From positions 6,113 to 70,112 of the forward strand of contig JBHPHK010000004.1 in the NCBI GenBank assembly GCA_042569365.1: 64,000 bases of DNA, in the 5' to 3' direction. The stretch is from Patescibacteria group bacterium. Lineage in GTDB: Bacteria > Patescibacteriota > JAUYIX01 > JBHPHK01. Below the pieces are notes generated by a model. It was not told where the DNA came from, did no database searches, and saw nothing but the letters and a program-made list of their open reading frames with translations. A program made the position numbers and the translations under genes. Positions 9,513-19,531 of this stretch are shown one piece after another; positions within the stretch are counted from its first letter, which is position 1, and each line of letters begins with the position of its first letter.

Positions 9513-10661
9513 ATGCGAATCGTAAACCTACAACTAGATAGTTACCGTAACTACGATAAAATCAACCTTACTTTAAATAAGGGGGTTAATATTTTCCGTG
9601 GTTCGAATGCAAGCGGCAAAACGAATCTTTTAGAGGCGATTAGCCTTTTTGTTTTGGGGGGATCGTTCCGAGCACAAGATTTATTTTTAATAAAATATGA
9701 AGAGCCAGCCGCACACGTGTCTCTCAAAATAAAATCTGACCAGGAAAACAAATTAAAGGTAAGTTTGGGAACGACCGACAAGGGCTTAAAGAAAGTTTGG
9801 AAGAAAAATGATATGGGCTCTCAGTTTAGTTATTTGCGCAAGGATCTTCTCGGCGTTCTGTTCTTGCCGACCGACACAGAGTTCGTAACTGGTTCGCCAC
9901 AGATCAGGCGCCAATTTTTCAACCGCGTTTTGTCGCAGATCGATCGCGACTATGCACAAACCCTTTTTCAATATAATAAAACTCTCAGGCAACGAATCTT
10001 TTCTTTGAAAAGAGTGCGTCAAAAATATTCTTTCGAAAATGAGCTTGATACGTGGGACGAAACGCTAGTCAAATATGCCGTGCCTTTGTATCAGGCGCGC
10101 GAAGCACTGGTAAAAAAACTTAATCGTTATTTATCTGAGATTTATAGCGATGTTATTCGGGGAAAGGCGGAGTTGAAGATCGATTATAAGGCATCACCGG
10201 ATGGGATTTTGCTCGAGGATGATCTGGGTCTGCGCCTTTCTGATCAGCTGATCGCTTCGCGCGAACGAGATCTTTCGCGAGTGCGTACGCACAACGGTCC
10301 TCACAGAGACGACTGGCAGTTTATGCTTAATGGAAACCCTCTGAGCGAAACCGGATCGCGCGGAGAGCAGCGCAGTGCAATTATCGCGATGAGGGTTGCC
10401 GAGGCGCGCGTCATTGAAGAAGTATCTAAGCACAGGCCGGTTCTTTTGCTGGATGATGTTCTGTCAGAACTAGATCAGCAGCGCCGCGAGACGTTACTTG
10501 AGATCGTTAAGGAATACCAGACGATTATTACGACTACTGATGTTGATTTTCTAGCCAACCATTTAGACATACTCAGCGATGTTAAGCTGTTTGAGGTTTC
10601 ACAAGGTAAAGTAAAATCAATCAAGCTTGATGATGCAAAAGCTTTATATTTTTCAAACTAA
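9513..10661 (+). CDS. recF: DNA replication/repair protein RecF
   Basis: It has the Walker A motif GSNASGKTNLLEA and the signature/Walker B region (LLLDDVLSELD). It follows the dnaA-dnaN-recF synteny. Confidence 0.9.
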   Translation: MRIVNLQLDSYRNYDKINLTLNKGVNIFRGSNASGKTNLLEAISLFVLGGSFRAQDLFLIKYEEPAAHVSLKIKSDQENKLKVSLGTTDKGLKKVWKKNDMGSQFSYLRKDLLGVLFLPTDTEFVTGSPQIRRQFFNRVLSQIDRDYAQTLFQYNKTLRQRIFSLKRVRQKYSFENELDTWDETLVKYAVPLYQAREALVKKLNRYLSEIYSDVIRGKAELKIDYKASPDGILLEDDLGLRLSDQLIASRERDLSRVRTHNGPHRDDWQFMLNGNPLSETGSRGEQRSAIIAMRVAEARVIEEVSKHRPVLLLDDVLSELDQQRRETLLEIVKEYQTIITTTDVDFLANHLDILSDVKLFEVSQGKVKSIKLDDAKALYFSN

Positions 10662-10958
10662 ATGTCTTGGCATTCCATCCAAAAATTAATTCACACTACT
10701 TCCAAGAAAGAAAAACTTGGGAAAGGTTTGGACGTTATGCTGATCTGCAACTCGGCTGAACGCTCTATCCATAAAAATTGCAGCGAAGCAACTGCACGCA
10801 ACGCGAGCGTTGTGGCTTATACGAATAAAGCTCTGACTGTTTCAGTGAGTGGAGCAGCGTATGCGCAAGATATCAGACTGCACCAAAGAAAAATAATAAA
10901 AGACCTCGATAACGAGATCGAGGTCGGAATTGTCGAGAGGATCTTATATAAGATTTAA
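10662..10958 (+). CDS. DUF721/DciA-like small protein
   Basis: 98 aa, abutting the recF stop. The C-terminal pattern (ALTVSVSGAAYAQDIRLHQRKIIKDLDNEI) resembles DUF721 proteins commonly found after recF. Confidence 0.65.
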   Translation: MSWHSIQKLIHTTSKKEKLGKGLDVMLICNSAERSIHKNCSEATARNASVVAYTNKALTVSVSGAAYAQDIRLHQRKIIKDLDNEIEVGIVERILYKI

Positions 10959-13795
10959 CTCACCGTAACTACAACAGTGTCTGTATGCGAATTCCCCGCA
11001 TAGTCAGTGACGGTCAATATTACGTTATAAATTCCGGCAGAGGTAAAGATGTGTGAAACATTAACGCCAGAGCCTGTTCCTCCATCATCAAAGTTCCATT
11101 CATAACTTGCGATGCCGACATTATCTGTTGAGCCAGATCCGTTGAAGCCTACGGATTGCCCAACTGTTGTGCTCACGTTTGCTCCGCCGTTCGCGACGGG
11201 GTTTTCTGTATCAGGGACAAACGAAATCGTGATCAGGTCTTCAGCGATATTGCCCATGCCGTCGGTAACGCGTACGCGAACCGTGTGACTACCTGCTGTA
11301 AGAGATCCGGTGTATGTAGCCGCGTATGGAGAGTTTGTGTCTGTGGCAAATGAAACATCATCAACAAAGAACTCTACGTTGCCCACGCCTAGCGGCGCAT
11401 TAACACTGGCCGAAACTGTGAAGCTGCCATAAACTGTGGTGCCGTCTCCTGGACCTGTTATCTGGAGCGACAGTGCTGATCCAGCTTGATCAACTGAACA
11501 ATATTCTGTCGGAAGACTGTCAGTATAACCATGCTTGGCACCCCATGCTCTAACCGGCGCCTCCCAGTTGTTATAGAGAGGGTCGTTTTGTGGGTTTTTT
11601 GGAGCAGGTCCATTCGGATTGGTGCGGTCGACATAGTGTAAGATGCTATGTGCCGATTTGAATGTCCTCTCGACAATGTATTGGCTTGGCAAATTGTCTG
11701 GAGCTAGCTTGCTTTGATCAAAAGAACAAACTTTCACAACCTGAGACTTGCCCATCTTACCGGCCAAGGCTGGGTTGCTTGGATTTGTTTTCGTATAACC
11801 GTTAAATTTTTCGACTGGAGTATTAGCCAAGGCATTCTTCATATACTCGTTCCAAATTGGCGTTGCCACAACAAATCCAGGCGAGTTACCACGCATCAAA
11901 GTGTTGTCATTGTTTCCCACCCAGACAACTGCGGCAAGGCTCGGTGTGTATCCAACCGTCCACCCGTCTGTGAAATTTTGAGTCGTACCGGTCTTGGCAG
12001 CGACTGGTCGTCCACTTAGTGTCAATTTGCTGCCGCGTGGAAGTCCAGGTGCGCGTGCACTATCATCTGTCAAAACATTAGTAATCATGCGTGCGATATT
12101 TTCATCGACTACTTGCTCGACGCTGTTTTCAGGATTATGTTCTTCCAGAACTGTTCCGTCAGCTTCCATTACTTTGAGAATGCCAGTCTCTTCAATGCGG
12201 CGACCTTCGTTGGCGAGAGTCGCAAACGCGGATACGTGATCGAGAGGCGTTACGTCATATGCTCCGAGAGCAAACGAAAGACCAACCTCTTCCGCGCTCG
12301 GGAAAGTCGAATAGCCCAAACGATTTGCCAGATCGAGAGTCTCTGGAATTCCGGCCATATACAAAGTCTTAACGGCCGGTGTGTTCATGGAGTTTTGCAG
12401 AGCTTTACGCATGGTTACCGGCCCAGCTTGAGTAAGGCTGTAGTTTTTAGGCTTATAGTTACCGAAGAAAGTAGTGTTCAAGTCGTAGAGAATTGTGTCA
12501 GGCGTGTACCCTCGCTCAAAGGCGGCAGTATACTCCAAAGGCTTAATAGAAGAGCCAGGCTGTTGGAGCGTAGTCGTGATGTTTACGTTTCCATCATTTG
12601 CCGTATCGAAGTAATCAACAGAACCAACCATTGCCAAGATTTCTCCAGTCTTAGGATTAATAGAAGCAAGCGCTGCATTCTTGGCGCCGTGACTTGCATT
12701 AGCGCGCGCGCCGTTTGTCACAGCGGTCTCTGCTATTTTTTGTTTATTTAGATCAAGAGTGGTAATGATTTGCAGTCCACCCTGCTCTAAGCGCTGTTCA
12801 CCGTATCGTTCAGCTAACTGCTCGCGTACATAGAAAACGAAGTGTGGCGCAGTAATATCAATATTCGGTCTTTCGAATTTAGGGAGAGCTCCGACATTTG
12901 CATCATGCTCTTCCTGTGTGATATGACCATGTGCTAAGAGTTTCTCTAGAACGAAATCTTTGCGCACCAAGAGACGATCAGTATGACTACCGTAAGGAGA
13001 ATAGTAGGATGGTGCATTTGGCAAAGAGGCGAGCGTGGCGGCTTCGTTAAGGGTTAGGTCGCCGACTGATTTATTGAAAAATGTTTTGGTCGCAGACTCG
13101 ACGCCATAAGCGTTGCTGCCGTATGGAATTTCGTTTAGATAAAGCTGCAGGATTTCATCTTTTTCTAGGCTGTGCTCGATTTCGATCGCCAAAATGATTT
13201 CTTTTATCTTACGCGTCACCGTTCGATCGGGAGATAAGAGAGAATTTTTAATAAACTGCTGCGTTATCGTAGAGCCACCCTGCTTATTGGCTCCACCACT
13301 ACTGACTGTCTTAAAGACACCGCGGATCAGTCCCATAAAATCAATACCACCGTGTTCGTAGAATTCCTCATCTTCAATAACGATTGTTGCTTCCTTGATG
13401 ATCTCCGGCATTTGATCGATCGGAACCACAGTGCGTTTTTCCTCGCCATAAATCTCATATAAAATATGCTCTCCTGTACGGTCGAAGATTTTTGTCGATT
13501 CTGCGACTAGACGGCTGTTGATTTCGTTTGGATTTGGCAGATCTTTAGCAAACACCACGAACATAATGCCAATCGCGACAACTCCCACAACAAATAGACC
13601 AAGCGCAACATATAAGATGCGTTTGGTTATTTTGATCTTTTGCTCTCTTGTTTTTTTCTTGCGCAACGTGACGAGGCGTCGGTAAGCCTTAGTTTTTCTT
13701 AAGACCTGGTTGGTGCGACCATGAGCTCTTGAAGAAGGCGCGCCGAGAGGTTTTCGGCGGCCAGGCTTAAATTTACGCAAAAATTTCTTAGACAT
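10955..13795 (-). CDS. class A penicillin-binding protein (transglycosylase + transpeptidase) with C-terminal Ig-like/PKD domains
   Basis: It has an N-terminal TM helix, GT51 motifs (EDEEFYEHGGID, GGSTITQQ) and transpeptidase motifs (PGSSIKP, SMN, KTGT). The tail contains the PKD-like repeat WNFDDGGTGSG...YNVILTVTD. Confidence 0.9.
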   Translation of the reverse strand: MSKKFLRKFKPGRRKPLGAPSSRAHGRTNQVLRKTKAYRRLVTLRKKKTREQKIKITKRILYVALGLFVVGVVAIGIMFVVFAKDLPNPNEINSRLVAESTKIFDRTGEHILYEIYGEEKRTVVPIDQMPEIIKEATIVIEDEEFYEHGGIDFMGLIRGVFKTVSSGGANKQGGSTITQQFIKNSLLSPDRTVTRKIKEIILAIEIEHSLEKDEILQLYLNEIPYGSNAYGVESATKTFFNKSVGDLTLNEAATLASLPNAPSYYSPYGSHTDRLLVRKDFVLEKLLAHGHITQEEHDANVGALPKFERPNIDITAPHFVFYVREQLAERYGEQRLEQGGLQIITTLDLNKQKIAETAVTNGARANASHGAKNAALASINPKTGEILAMVGSVDYFDTANDGNVNITTTLQQPGSSIKPLEYTAAFERGYTPDTILYDLNTTFFGNYKPKNYSLTQAGPVTMRKALQNSMNTPAVKTLYMAGIPETLDLANRLGYSTFPSAEEVGLSFALGAYDVTPLDHVSAFATLANEGRRIEETGILKVMEADGTVLEEHNPENSVEQVVDENIARMITNVLTDDSARAPGLPRGSKLTLSGRPVAAKTGTTQNFTDGWTVGYTPSLAAVVWVGNNDNTLMRGNSPGFVVATPIWNEYMKNALANTPVEKFNGYTKTNPSNPALAGKMGKSQVVKVCSFDQSKLAPDNLPSQYIVERTFKSAHSILHYVDRTNPNGPAPKNPQNDPLYNNWEAPVRAWGAKHGYTDSLPTEYCSVDQAGSALSLQITGPGDGTTVYGSFTVSASVNAPLGVGNVEFFVDDVSFATDTNSPYAATYTGSLTAGSHTVRVRVTDGMGNIAEDLITISFVPDTENPVANGGANVSTTVGQSVGFNGSGSTDNVGIASYEWNFDDGGTGSGVNVSHIFTSAGIYNVILTVTDYAGNSHTDTVVVTVS

Positions 13796-13956
13796 AGATG
13801 TTTTAAGGAAGTTATGTACGATCTTTTAATACTAGTATAACTCAAAATAGATCCAAACAAAGATAACAAATTGAGGCCTTTTTGTCAATGGTCCGCTAGG
13901 GACTCTAGGGCGGGGCTGTATTGCGTTTAACGGAAATCTAGGATTCATGTTAATAT

Positions 13957-15162
13957 ATGTTTATGACAGTAGATACCTCTAAAACAACAATTGAAAAGCT
14001 TATTGATCGTGGAACTGGGCAGGTCACTGTTGAAAAGGACCTGCGCAAAAAACTTGCGAGCGGTAAAGTGCTACGTATTAAGCATGGTATAGATCCTACG
14101 ACGCCTGATTTGCACTTGGGATACGCGGTAGTTTATGAAAAATTACGCCAATTTCAAGAGGCGGGACACAAAATTGTTTTTTTGATCGGGGATTATACCG
14201 GGCGGTTTGGTGACCCAACTGACAAAGACGAGGCGCGTGAGATGCGTTCTGCTGCGGAAGTGAAAAAACTTGCCAAAAAATATATAGATCAGGTGGGAAT
14301 TATTTTAGATCTTAAGAAAACTGAAATTCGTTACAACAGTGAGTGGTATGACAAGATGTCCGCCGAGGAGCTTTTACATATCATGAGCGAGTTTACGGCA
14401 GCGCGCGTTTTGGAGCGCGATATGTTCCAGGAGCGCATGAAAGAGAAACAAGATATTCGTTTGCACGAGTTGGTGTACCCAGTTTTACAAGGATATGACT
14501 CGGTGATGCTTAAGTCTGATGCAACAGTTATAGGAAGTGACCAGATTTTCAACGAATTACAGGCTCGCGGCTTGCAGGAAGTGCGCAAACAAGTGCCACA
14601 AGACTTGGTGGCGGTGCCTTTATTGATTGGAACAGACGGAAAGATGAAAATGAGCCAGAGCTTAGGCAACTACATTGGGCTTGCCGATAAACCGAAAGAT
14701 ATGTACGGCAAGATCATGTCGATTCCGGATAATTTGATCGCAGACTACTTTGAATATCTTGCGCGCATTTCAGACGCAGAGCTTCTTGAGATTAAGAAGC
14801 AGCTTAAGGACAGCAAAACAAATCCACGTGATCTAAAAGCACGACTAGCACATCAGATAGTCAGTCAATATCATTCTGAAGCGAAGGCTGATAAGGCCGC
14901 GAAAGAATTTACAAATGTATTTCAAAAACATGAGGTGCCCACAGATGTGAAAGAATATAAGATCGCAGCCGGAACTGTAAATATATTTGACTTGCTTACA
15001 GAGACGGGATTGACGCAAAGCAAAAGCGAAGCGCGCCGTTTAATTCAACAAAATGCGGTAAGTTTCGAGGGAAAGAAAATTATTGAAGAACAGATCGAGA
15101 TGACTGAGTCAGGAGTTCTTCAGGTTGGCAAGAGGCGCTTCTTAAAGATAGTTATAGGTTAA
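13957..15162 (+). CDS. tyrS: tyrosine--tRNA ligase
   Basis: It has a HIGH-type motif (PDLHLGY), a KMSKS-type motif (KMSQS) and a C-terminal S4-like domain (SKSEARRLIQQNAVSFEGKKI). Confidence 0.85.
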   Translation: MFMTVDTSKTTIEKLIDRGTGQVTVEKDLRKKLASGKVLRIKHGIDPTTPDLHLGYAVVYEKLRQFQEAGHKIVFLIGDYTGRFGDPTDKDEAREMRSAAEVKKLAKKYIDQVGIILDLKKTEIRYNSEWYDKMSAEELLHIMSEFTAARVLERDMFQERMKEKQDIRLHELVYPVLQGYDSVMLKSDATVIGSDQIFNELQARGLQEVRKQVPQDLVAVPLLIGTDGKMKMSQSLGNYIGLADKPKDMYGKIMSIPDNLIADYFEYLARISDAELLEIKKQLKDSKTNPRDLKARLAHQIVSQYHSEAKADKAAKEFTNVFQKHEVPTDVKEYKIAAGTVNIFDLLTETGLTQSKSEARRLIQQNAVSFEGKKIIEEQIEMTESGVLQVGKRRFLKIVIG

Positions 15163-15249
15163 ATATTGGCATTTTAACTAAAGACCTCAATACTTGATAT
15201 TTAGGGCTTTGCGTGGTAAAATTCGTTTTGTAATTTGATGAAAATAAGC

Positions 15250-15987
15250 ATGTCAGGACACTCGAAATGGTCAACAATTAAGCGCAAAAAGGCGGTCACG
15301 GATGCGAAACGTGGTGCAGTTTTTACTAAGCTAGCGCGTGCAATTACGGTTGCAGCGCGGCAAGGCGGCGGAGATCCTGCTCTGAATGTTTCCTTACGTT
15401 TAGAGATTGAAAAAGCTCGCCAAGCAAATATGCCTAAGGACAATATAGACCGTGCCGTCAAACGCGGCACAGGGGAACTCGAAGGCGCGATCCTTGAAGA
15501 GAAAACGTATGAAGGATACGGACCAGAAGGAGTGGCGATAGTTATTAAAACAGTTACTGATAACAGCAATCGAACTGTGGCGGATATCCGCAAAATATTC
15601 ACGCAACACGGAGGCTCCTTGGGAGAAAGCGGAAGCGTGCTCTGGATGTTTGAGGCTCGTGGAATCTTACGCATGCCGATTCCGGATGCTAAATCTCGTG
15701 ACGATATCGAGCTTGTTGCAATTGATAAAGGAGCAGAAGACATCAAGGAAGAAGATGATCAGCTTGTGATCAGCGCCAACCCCAAAAATTTAACAGCTAT
15801 CAAAGAAGCGCTGGATGATATCCCAGATAAAGAAATTGCCATGAGCGAAACATCTGTTGAACTTATTGCCAAAAACGAAATCACTATCAGCGATGAGTCT
15901 GTTTTAGATAAACTGGAGAAGTTGTTCGAGGCGTTAGACGATTTAGATGACGTGCAGGAAGTATTCAGTAATCATCGACCGGAATAA
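15250..15987 (+). CDS. yebC: YebC/PmpR family DNA-binding regulator
   Basis: It begins with the canonical N-terminus MSGHSKWSTIKRKK. The track ORF starts 15 nt earlier, at 15235. Confidence 0.9.
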   Translation: MSGHSKWSTIKRKKAVTDAKRGAVFTKLARAITVAARQGGGDPALNVSLRLEIEKARQANMPKDNIDRAVKRGTGELEGAILEEKTYEGYGPEGVAIVIKTVTDNSNRTVADIRKIFTQHGGSLGESGSVLWMFEARGILRMPIPDAKSRDDIELVAIDKGAEDIKEEDDQLVISANPKNLTAIKEALDDIPDKEIAMSETSVELIAKNEITISDESVLDKLEKLFEALDDLDDVQEVFSNHRPE

Positions 15988-15989
15988 CC

Positions 15990-16502
15990 ATGAGCACGAA
16001 ACGTCCAAATATTATTCTCGGGATTGATCCGGGCATCGAACGGACAGGATTTGGAATAATCGAGTCAGCCGGAAAAAATATCAAACTGATCGACCAGGGG
16101 TGTATCACTACCAGCAGTAAAGATACGGCAGCACAGCGCTTGCTCGATATCGAAGAAGATCTCCAAGAATTATTAGCTCAGCATAAGCCCAATACATTGG
16201 CTATCGAAAAATTGTTCTTCGCAAAAAATGTAACATCAGCATTGGCAGTCGGTCAGGCACGCGGCGTTATCTTGCTGACGTGCGCTAAGGCAGGGCTAAG
16301 CATTTTTGAATACAATCCTATGCAAGTCAAAGTCGCGGTGACCGGATACGGGGGAGCGGACAAAGAACAGATGGAAAAAATGGTGCAAAAGTTGATGAAC
16401 TTAGACTTCGTACCAGCTCCCGATGATGTAAATGATGCGCTCGCACTCGCAATCTGTCACGCGCATAACCAGTCGTTCATTGAAGCGGCTGCCAAAAAAT
16501 AA
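15990..16502 (+). CDS. ruvC: Holliday junction resolvase RuvC
   Basis: It has the patterns ILGIDPGIERTGFGII and DDVNDALALAICH. It forms the typical yebC-ruvC pair. Confidence 0.9.
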   Translation: MSTKRPNIILGIDPGIERTGFGIIESAGKNIKLIDQGCITTSSKDTAAQRLLDIEEDLQELLAQHKPNTLAIEKLFFAKNVTSALAVGQARGVILLTCAKAGLSIFEYNPMQVKVAVTGYGGADKEQMEKMVQKLMNLDFVPAPDDVNDALALAICHAHNQSFIEAAAKK

Positions 16503-16512
16503 TATCTCTAAA

Positions 16513-18027
16513 ATGAAAAATCCAAATAAATATATCATTCCAATATTACTATCAGCTCTGATTTTGTTTGGGGTTGGTTTACAAGGAGTAGGTGCTCAAG
16601 AGCTAGAAGCTGAACAACAGCTCGAGATTGTTAATCTTTCTGGTACTGATGCATTAATTAATGAAGCAGTCAGCTTTACTGTGCCTAGCGCAGATGACGA
16701 AGATCAGGTCATCTGGAATTTTGGCGACGACACTGTCGTGACGGGCAAGACTGTCGAAAAGACATATTCTGAAACAGGGGTCTATGATATAAGCGTGAGC
16801 GTTATTGCGAGCGATGGCACCTTAGAGGTCGGTACGCTGGCAGTTTCAGTTTTCTCTGAATACATTGTTGCGCTTATCGACAGAAGCGTCATGGCCGAAG
16901 AAATTAAAACGCTAGCGACGACTGCCGCCGAGCATAATATCTATTTAAAGACTTTGAGAGCAGATGAGCTCCAGACTCTATACCAACGGGAAAGGTCGTT
17001 GACGGACTTGTTAGTAAATACAGCGCCTGTCTTGAGTCAGGCTAAGTTGCTGATTGACTGGACCCAGGGTACGGTTGGCTTAGCGTCTTTGCTGGCAGCA
17101 CAACAAGCGCCCAATGCTGTTCCCCTAGATCTGAGCAATCAAATTATCATAAGCGTCACGAAGACAATATCTTTCGACAAGCGTATCGCTCAACTTACAT
17201 ACGACGTTATCAATCCGGTTGGTTTAGTGTTAACAGAAAAGGAGACACTGCCAGTCTTGGTGGCTAGCGAATCGCTTAGAGATGTTACAGAAAATCTTCA
17301 GCAGACCGGTACTAATTTCGAAATCATTCAACAAACATCACCGCCTTTGTCAGAGCGCGTAAGTATCGTCAATTTCTTTTTTCCCGGCGTAGAATTTGTT
17401 GCTAAGCGAGGATTGCCACTGAATACGCTTGTCATCTTTCTTGCGCTTCCTTTGATCGCATTATTCTTTATCATCGGCAAACAAGTTATCGGCCTGCGCA
17501 CCTTTGGTTTGTATATTCCTGTTCTTTTGACGGTAGCTTTATTGCCACTCGGGCTTGTGACCGGCCTCGTTGTGTTTCTTGGATCACTCTTTATTACAGA
17601 ATTGATTCGACCGTCGTTTAGATGGATGCGTTTATCTTTCTTACCGCGGTCTGCGATCATGGTAACGGCAATCACACTTCTGTTTCTTGGATTTTTTGTA
17701 GTGGCTGGCACGCTTGACTACATACATCTCCTGCCATACGCAATTTTCCCTGCGCTTCTGTCTATTCCTCTGATTGAGAAGTTTGCTTCAGTACGAATCG
17801 AGAAGAGTCGCTCGGCAGCTATTCGATATACATTGGAAACGATGTTGATGGTCGTTATTAGTTTCGTCGTTATCAATTTACCGGTGATAAATACGCTGAT
17901 TATCAGTTACCCTGAGACGATTATCATTGTGGCTTTGCTTGCTTTCTTGGTAGGGCGCTTTACAGGCTTAAGAATAGTGGAATATTATCGTTTCCAAGAT
18001 CTAATTCGCGCATTGCGTCGCGACTAA
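16513..18027 (+). CDS. signal peptide + PKD domain + central domain + C-terminal ~7-TM module protein
   Basis: My preferred start is MKNPNKYIIPILLSALILFGV, a signal-like sequence. The PKD motif WNFGDDTVVTGKTVEKTYSETGVYDISVSV is present. The last 200 aa are multi-pass hydrophobic, like the 7TM module that accompanies RimK-type ATP-grasp genes. Confidence 0.7.
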   Translation: MKNPNKYIIPILLSALILFGVGLQGVGAQELEAEQQLEIVNLSGTDALINEAVSFTVPSADDEDQVIWNFGDDTVVTGKTVEKTYSETGVYDISVSVIASDGTLEVGTLAVSVFSEYIVALIDRSVMAEEIKTLATTAAEHNIYLKTLRADELQTLYQRERSLTDLLVNTAPVLSQAKLLIDWTQGTVGLASLLAAQQAPNAVPLDLSNQIIISVTKTISFDKRIAQLTYDVINPVGLVLTEKETLPVLVASESLRDVTENLQQTGTNFEIIQQTSPPLSERVSIVNFFFPGVEFVAKRGLPLNTLVIFLALPLIALFFIIGKQVIGLRTFGLYIPVLLTVALLPLGLVTGLVVFLGSLFITELIRPSFRWMRLSFLPRSAIMVTAITLLFLGFFVVAGTLDYIHLLPYAIFPALLSIPLIEKFASVRIEKSRSAAIRYTLETMLMVVISFVVINLPVINTLIISYPETIIIVALLAFLVGRFTGLRIVEYYRFQDLIRALRRD

Positions 18028-18031
18028 ATTA

Positions 18032-19519
18032 ATGCCTAGCATCAATACAGAAATTTTAGGGATGAATGCCAGAAATTCAGTTTATCTAAGACCGAATAAT
18101 TTGAGGAGCGCAGTAAGATTGGCAGACAACAAACTGGAAACTAAAAGAATCTTACGTCGCTACGGCATGCCAACTCCAAACTTGTTGGCGGTTATCCCAA
18201 CTGCTCGTGAGTTAGATGAGTTTGACTGGGCACAGATGCCAAGTAGTTTTGTGATCAAGCCTAACGGAGGGCTAGGTGGAGAGGGCATTATTATTTTGAA
18301 AAAGAAATACAGTCCCAAAAAAGAAAAGGAATCGGGATTAGGCAATGTATTCGGATTAGTGCGTGAAGAAAGCGATGAACCAGCTTGGGTTGGGTCAGAT
18401 GGTCGTATTTGGACCGCATCGAAACTGAAAGTGCATGTAGCCAACATATTGAGTGGTAATTTTTCGATCGCTGGTACTTCAGATATTGCCTTAATAGAGC
18501 AAAGAATCAAGCTTGACCCTATCTTTAAGCCGATTACTCCGAGTGGAATTCCTGATATTCGTGTAATTGTTTTTAATAGAGTGCCAGTGATGGCAATGCT
18601 CCGGTTGCCAACAAAACGATCTAATGGAAAGGCAAACTTAGCGTTGGGAGCAATCGGTGTTGGAATCGATCTGGCAACGGGGATGGCCACAAGTTCATAT
18701 GTTAAAAAGCCACGACGCCAAATCATTGAACGTCATCCAGACACGAATGAACCCCTATCTAATATAAGAATTCCATACTGGACTACGATTTTAAAAATGA
18801 GCATAGAATGTCAGGTGGCAAGTCGACTAGGATTTTTGGGCGTGGATTTAGCATTGGATAAAAATTACGGGCCAATGGTTGTTGAGCTGAATGCAAGACC
18901 CGGCTTAGAAATTCAATCTGTTAATCAAGCATCTCTGCGCCGGCGTTTACGCCGTCTATATGGACTAAAAGTTCGTACAATTAATAAAGGAGTAAAGGTT
19001 GCCAAGGAATTGTTTGGCGGCGATACCGAGACAACTGAAGAGGACAGACCTGTATTAGGAATTATCGAACCAGTAGAAGTATATCAACACAAAAGCAGTA
19101 AACGAGAAAAGATTTTGGCAAAAATAGACACAGGTGCGACATACACTTCTATCGATCGCGATGTTGCGGCGCGACTTGGATACAAAGGCGTCATTTCTGC
19201 CTTTAGAAAATACGGACTCGATAAAACTATGACCAGAACCAAGGCGCGCAGAAGTTATCAGCGTTTCCGAAAAGAGATTTTGCAGAAATACTCGAAAGAA
19301 ATCGTGGATACGCGCATTATTCACTCCAGTCACGGTACGACTTATCGCATTTTGATTCCTCTAAGGTTCATGCTGTCTAATGAATTAGTCGAAACGAATG
19401 CCACGGTCATGGTCCGCAAGCATTTGCGCTATCCTATCATTATCGGCCAGCGAGATTTGAAGAAATATATCGTCGATCCGTCCAAACGACGCCATCATAT
19501 TAAAACTTTCTCACGCTAA
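18032..19519 (+). CDS. ATP-grasp (RimK/alpha-L-glutamate-ligase-like) fused to a retropepsin-like C-terminal domain
   Basis: The N-terminal 330 aa have an ATP-grasp pattern (FVIKPNGGLGGEGIIIL, DIRVIVFNRVPVMAMLRLP, VVELNARPGLEI). The C-terminal domain has the aspartic-protease-like motif AKIDTGATYTSID. It begins 5 nt after the 7TM gene. Confidence 0.75.
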   Translation: MPSINTEILGMNARNSVYLRPNNLRSAVRLADNKLETKRILRRYGMPTPNLLAVIPTARELDEFDWAQMPSSFVIKPNGGLGGEGIIILKKKYSPKKEKESGLGNVFGLVREESDEPAWVGSDGRIWTASKLKVHVANILSGNFSIAGTSDIALIEQRIKLDPIFKPITPSGIPDIRVIVFNRVPVMAMLRLPTKRSNGKANLALGAIGVGIDLATGMATSSYVKKPRRQIIERHPDTNEPLSNIRIPYWTTILKMSIECQVASRLGFLGVDLALDKNYGPMVVELNARPGLEIQSVNQASLRRRLRRLYGLKVRTINKGVKVAKELFGGDTETTEEDRPVLGIIEPVEVYQHKSSKREKILAKIDTGATYTSIDRDVAARLGYKGVISAFRKYGLDKTMTRTKARRSYQRFRKEILQKYSKEIVDTRIIHSSHGTTYRILIPLRFMLSNELVETNATVMVRKHLRYPIIIGQRDLKKYIVDPSKRRHHIKTFSR

Positions 19520-19531
19520 ACTTTAAACTTT

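Noticed and set aside
13796-13956. Possible T-box leader upstream of tyrS (and likewise upstream of hisS, 46447..46554)
   Set aside because: The spacers are only about 160 and 108 nt. They lack the T-box consensus (AAnnnGGGUGGUACCGCG) and a terminator/antiterminator pair.
15201-15746. 181-aa minus-strand ORF
   Set aside because: It is an antisense shadow of the yebC-family gene. The same applies to the many short track ORFs inside dnaA, recF, the PBP gene (for example 12113..12751), clpC, hisS, the GT4 genes, glgA, VanW and the 715/731-aa genes.
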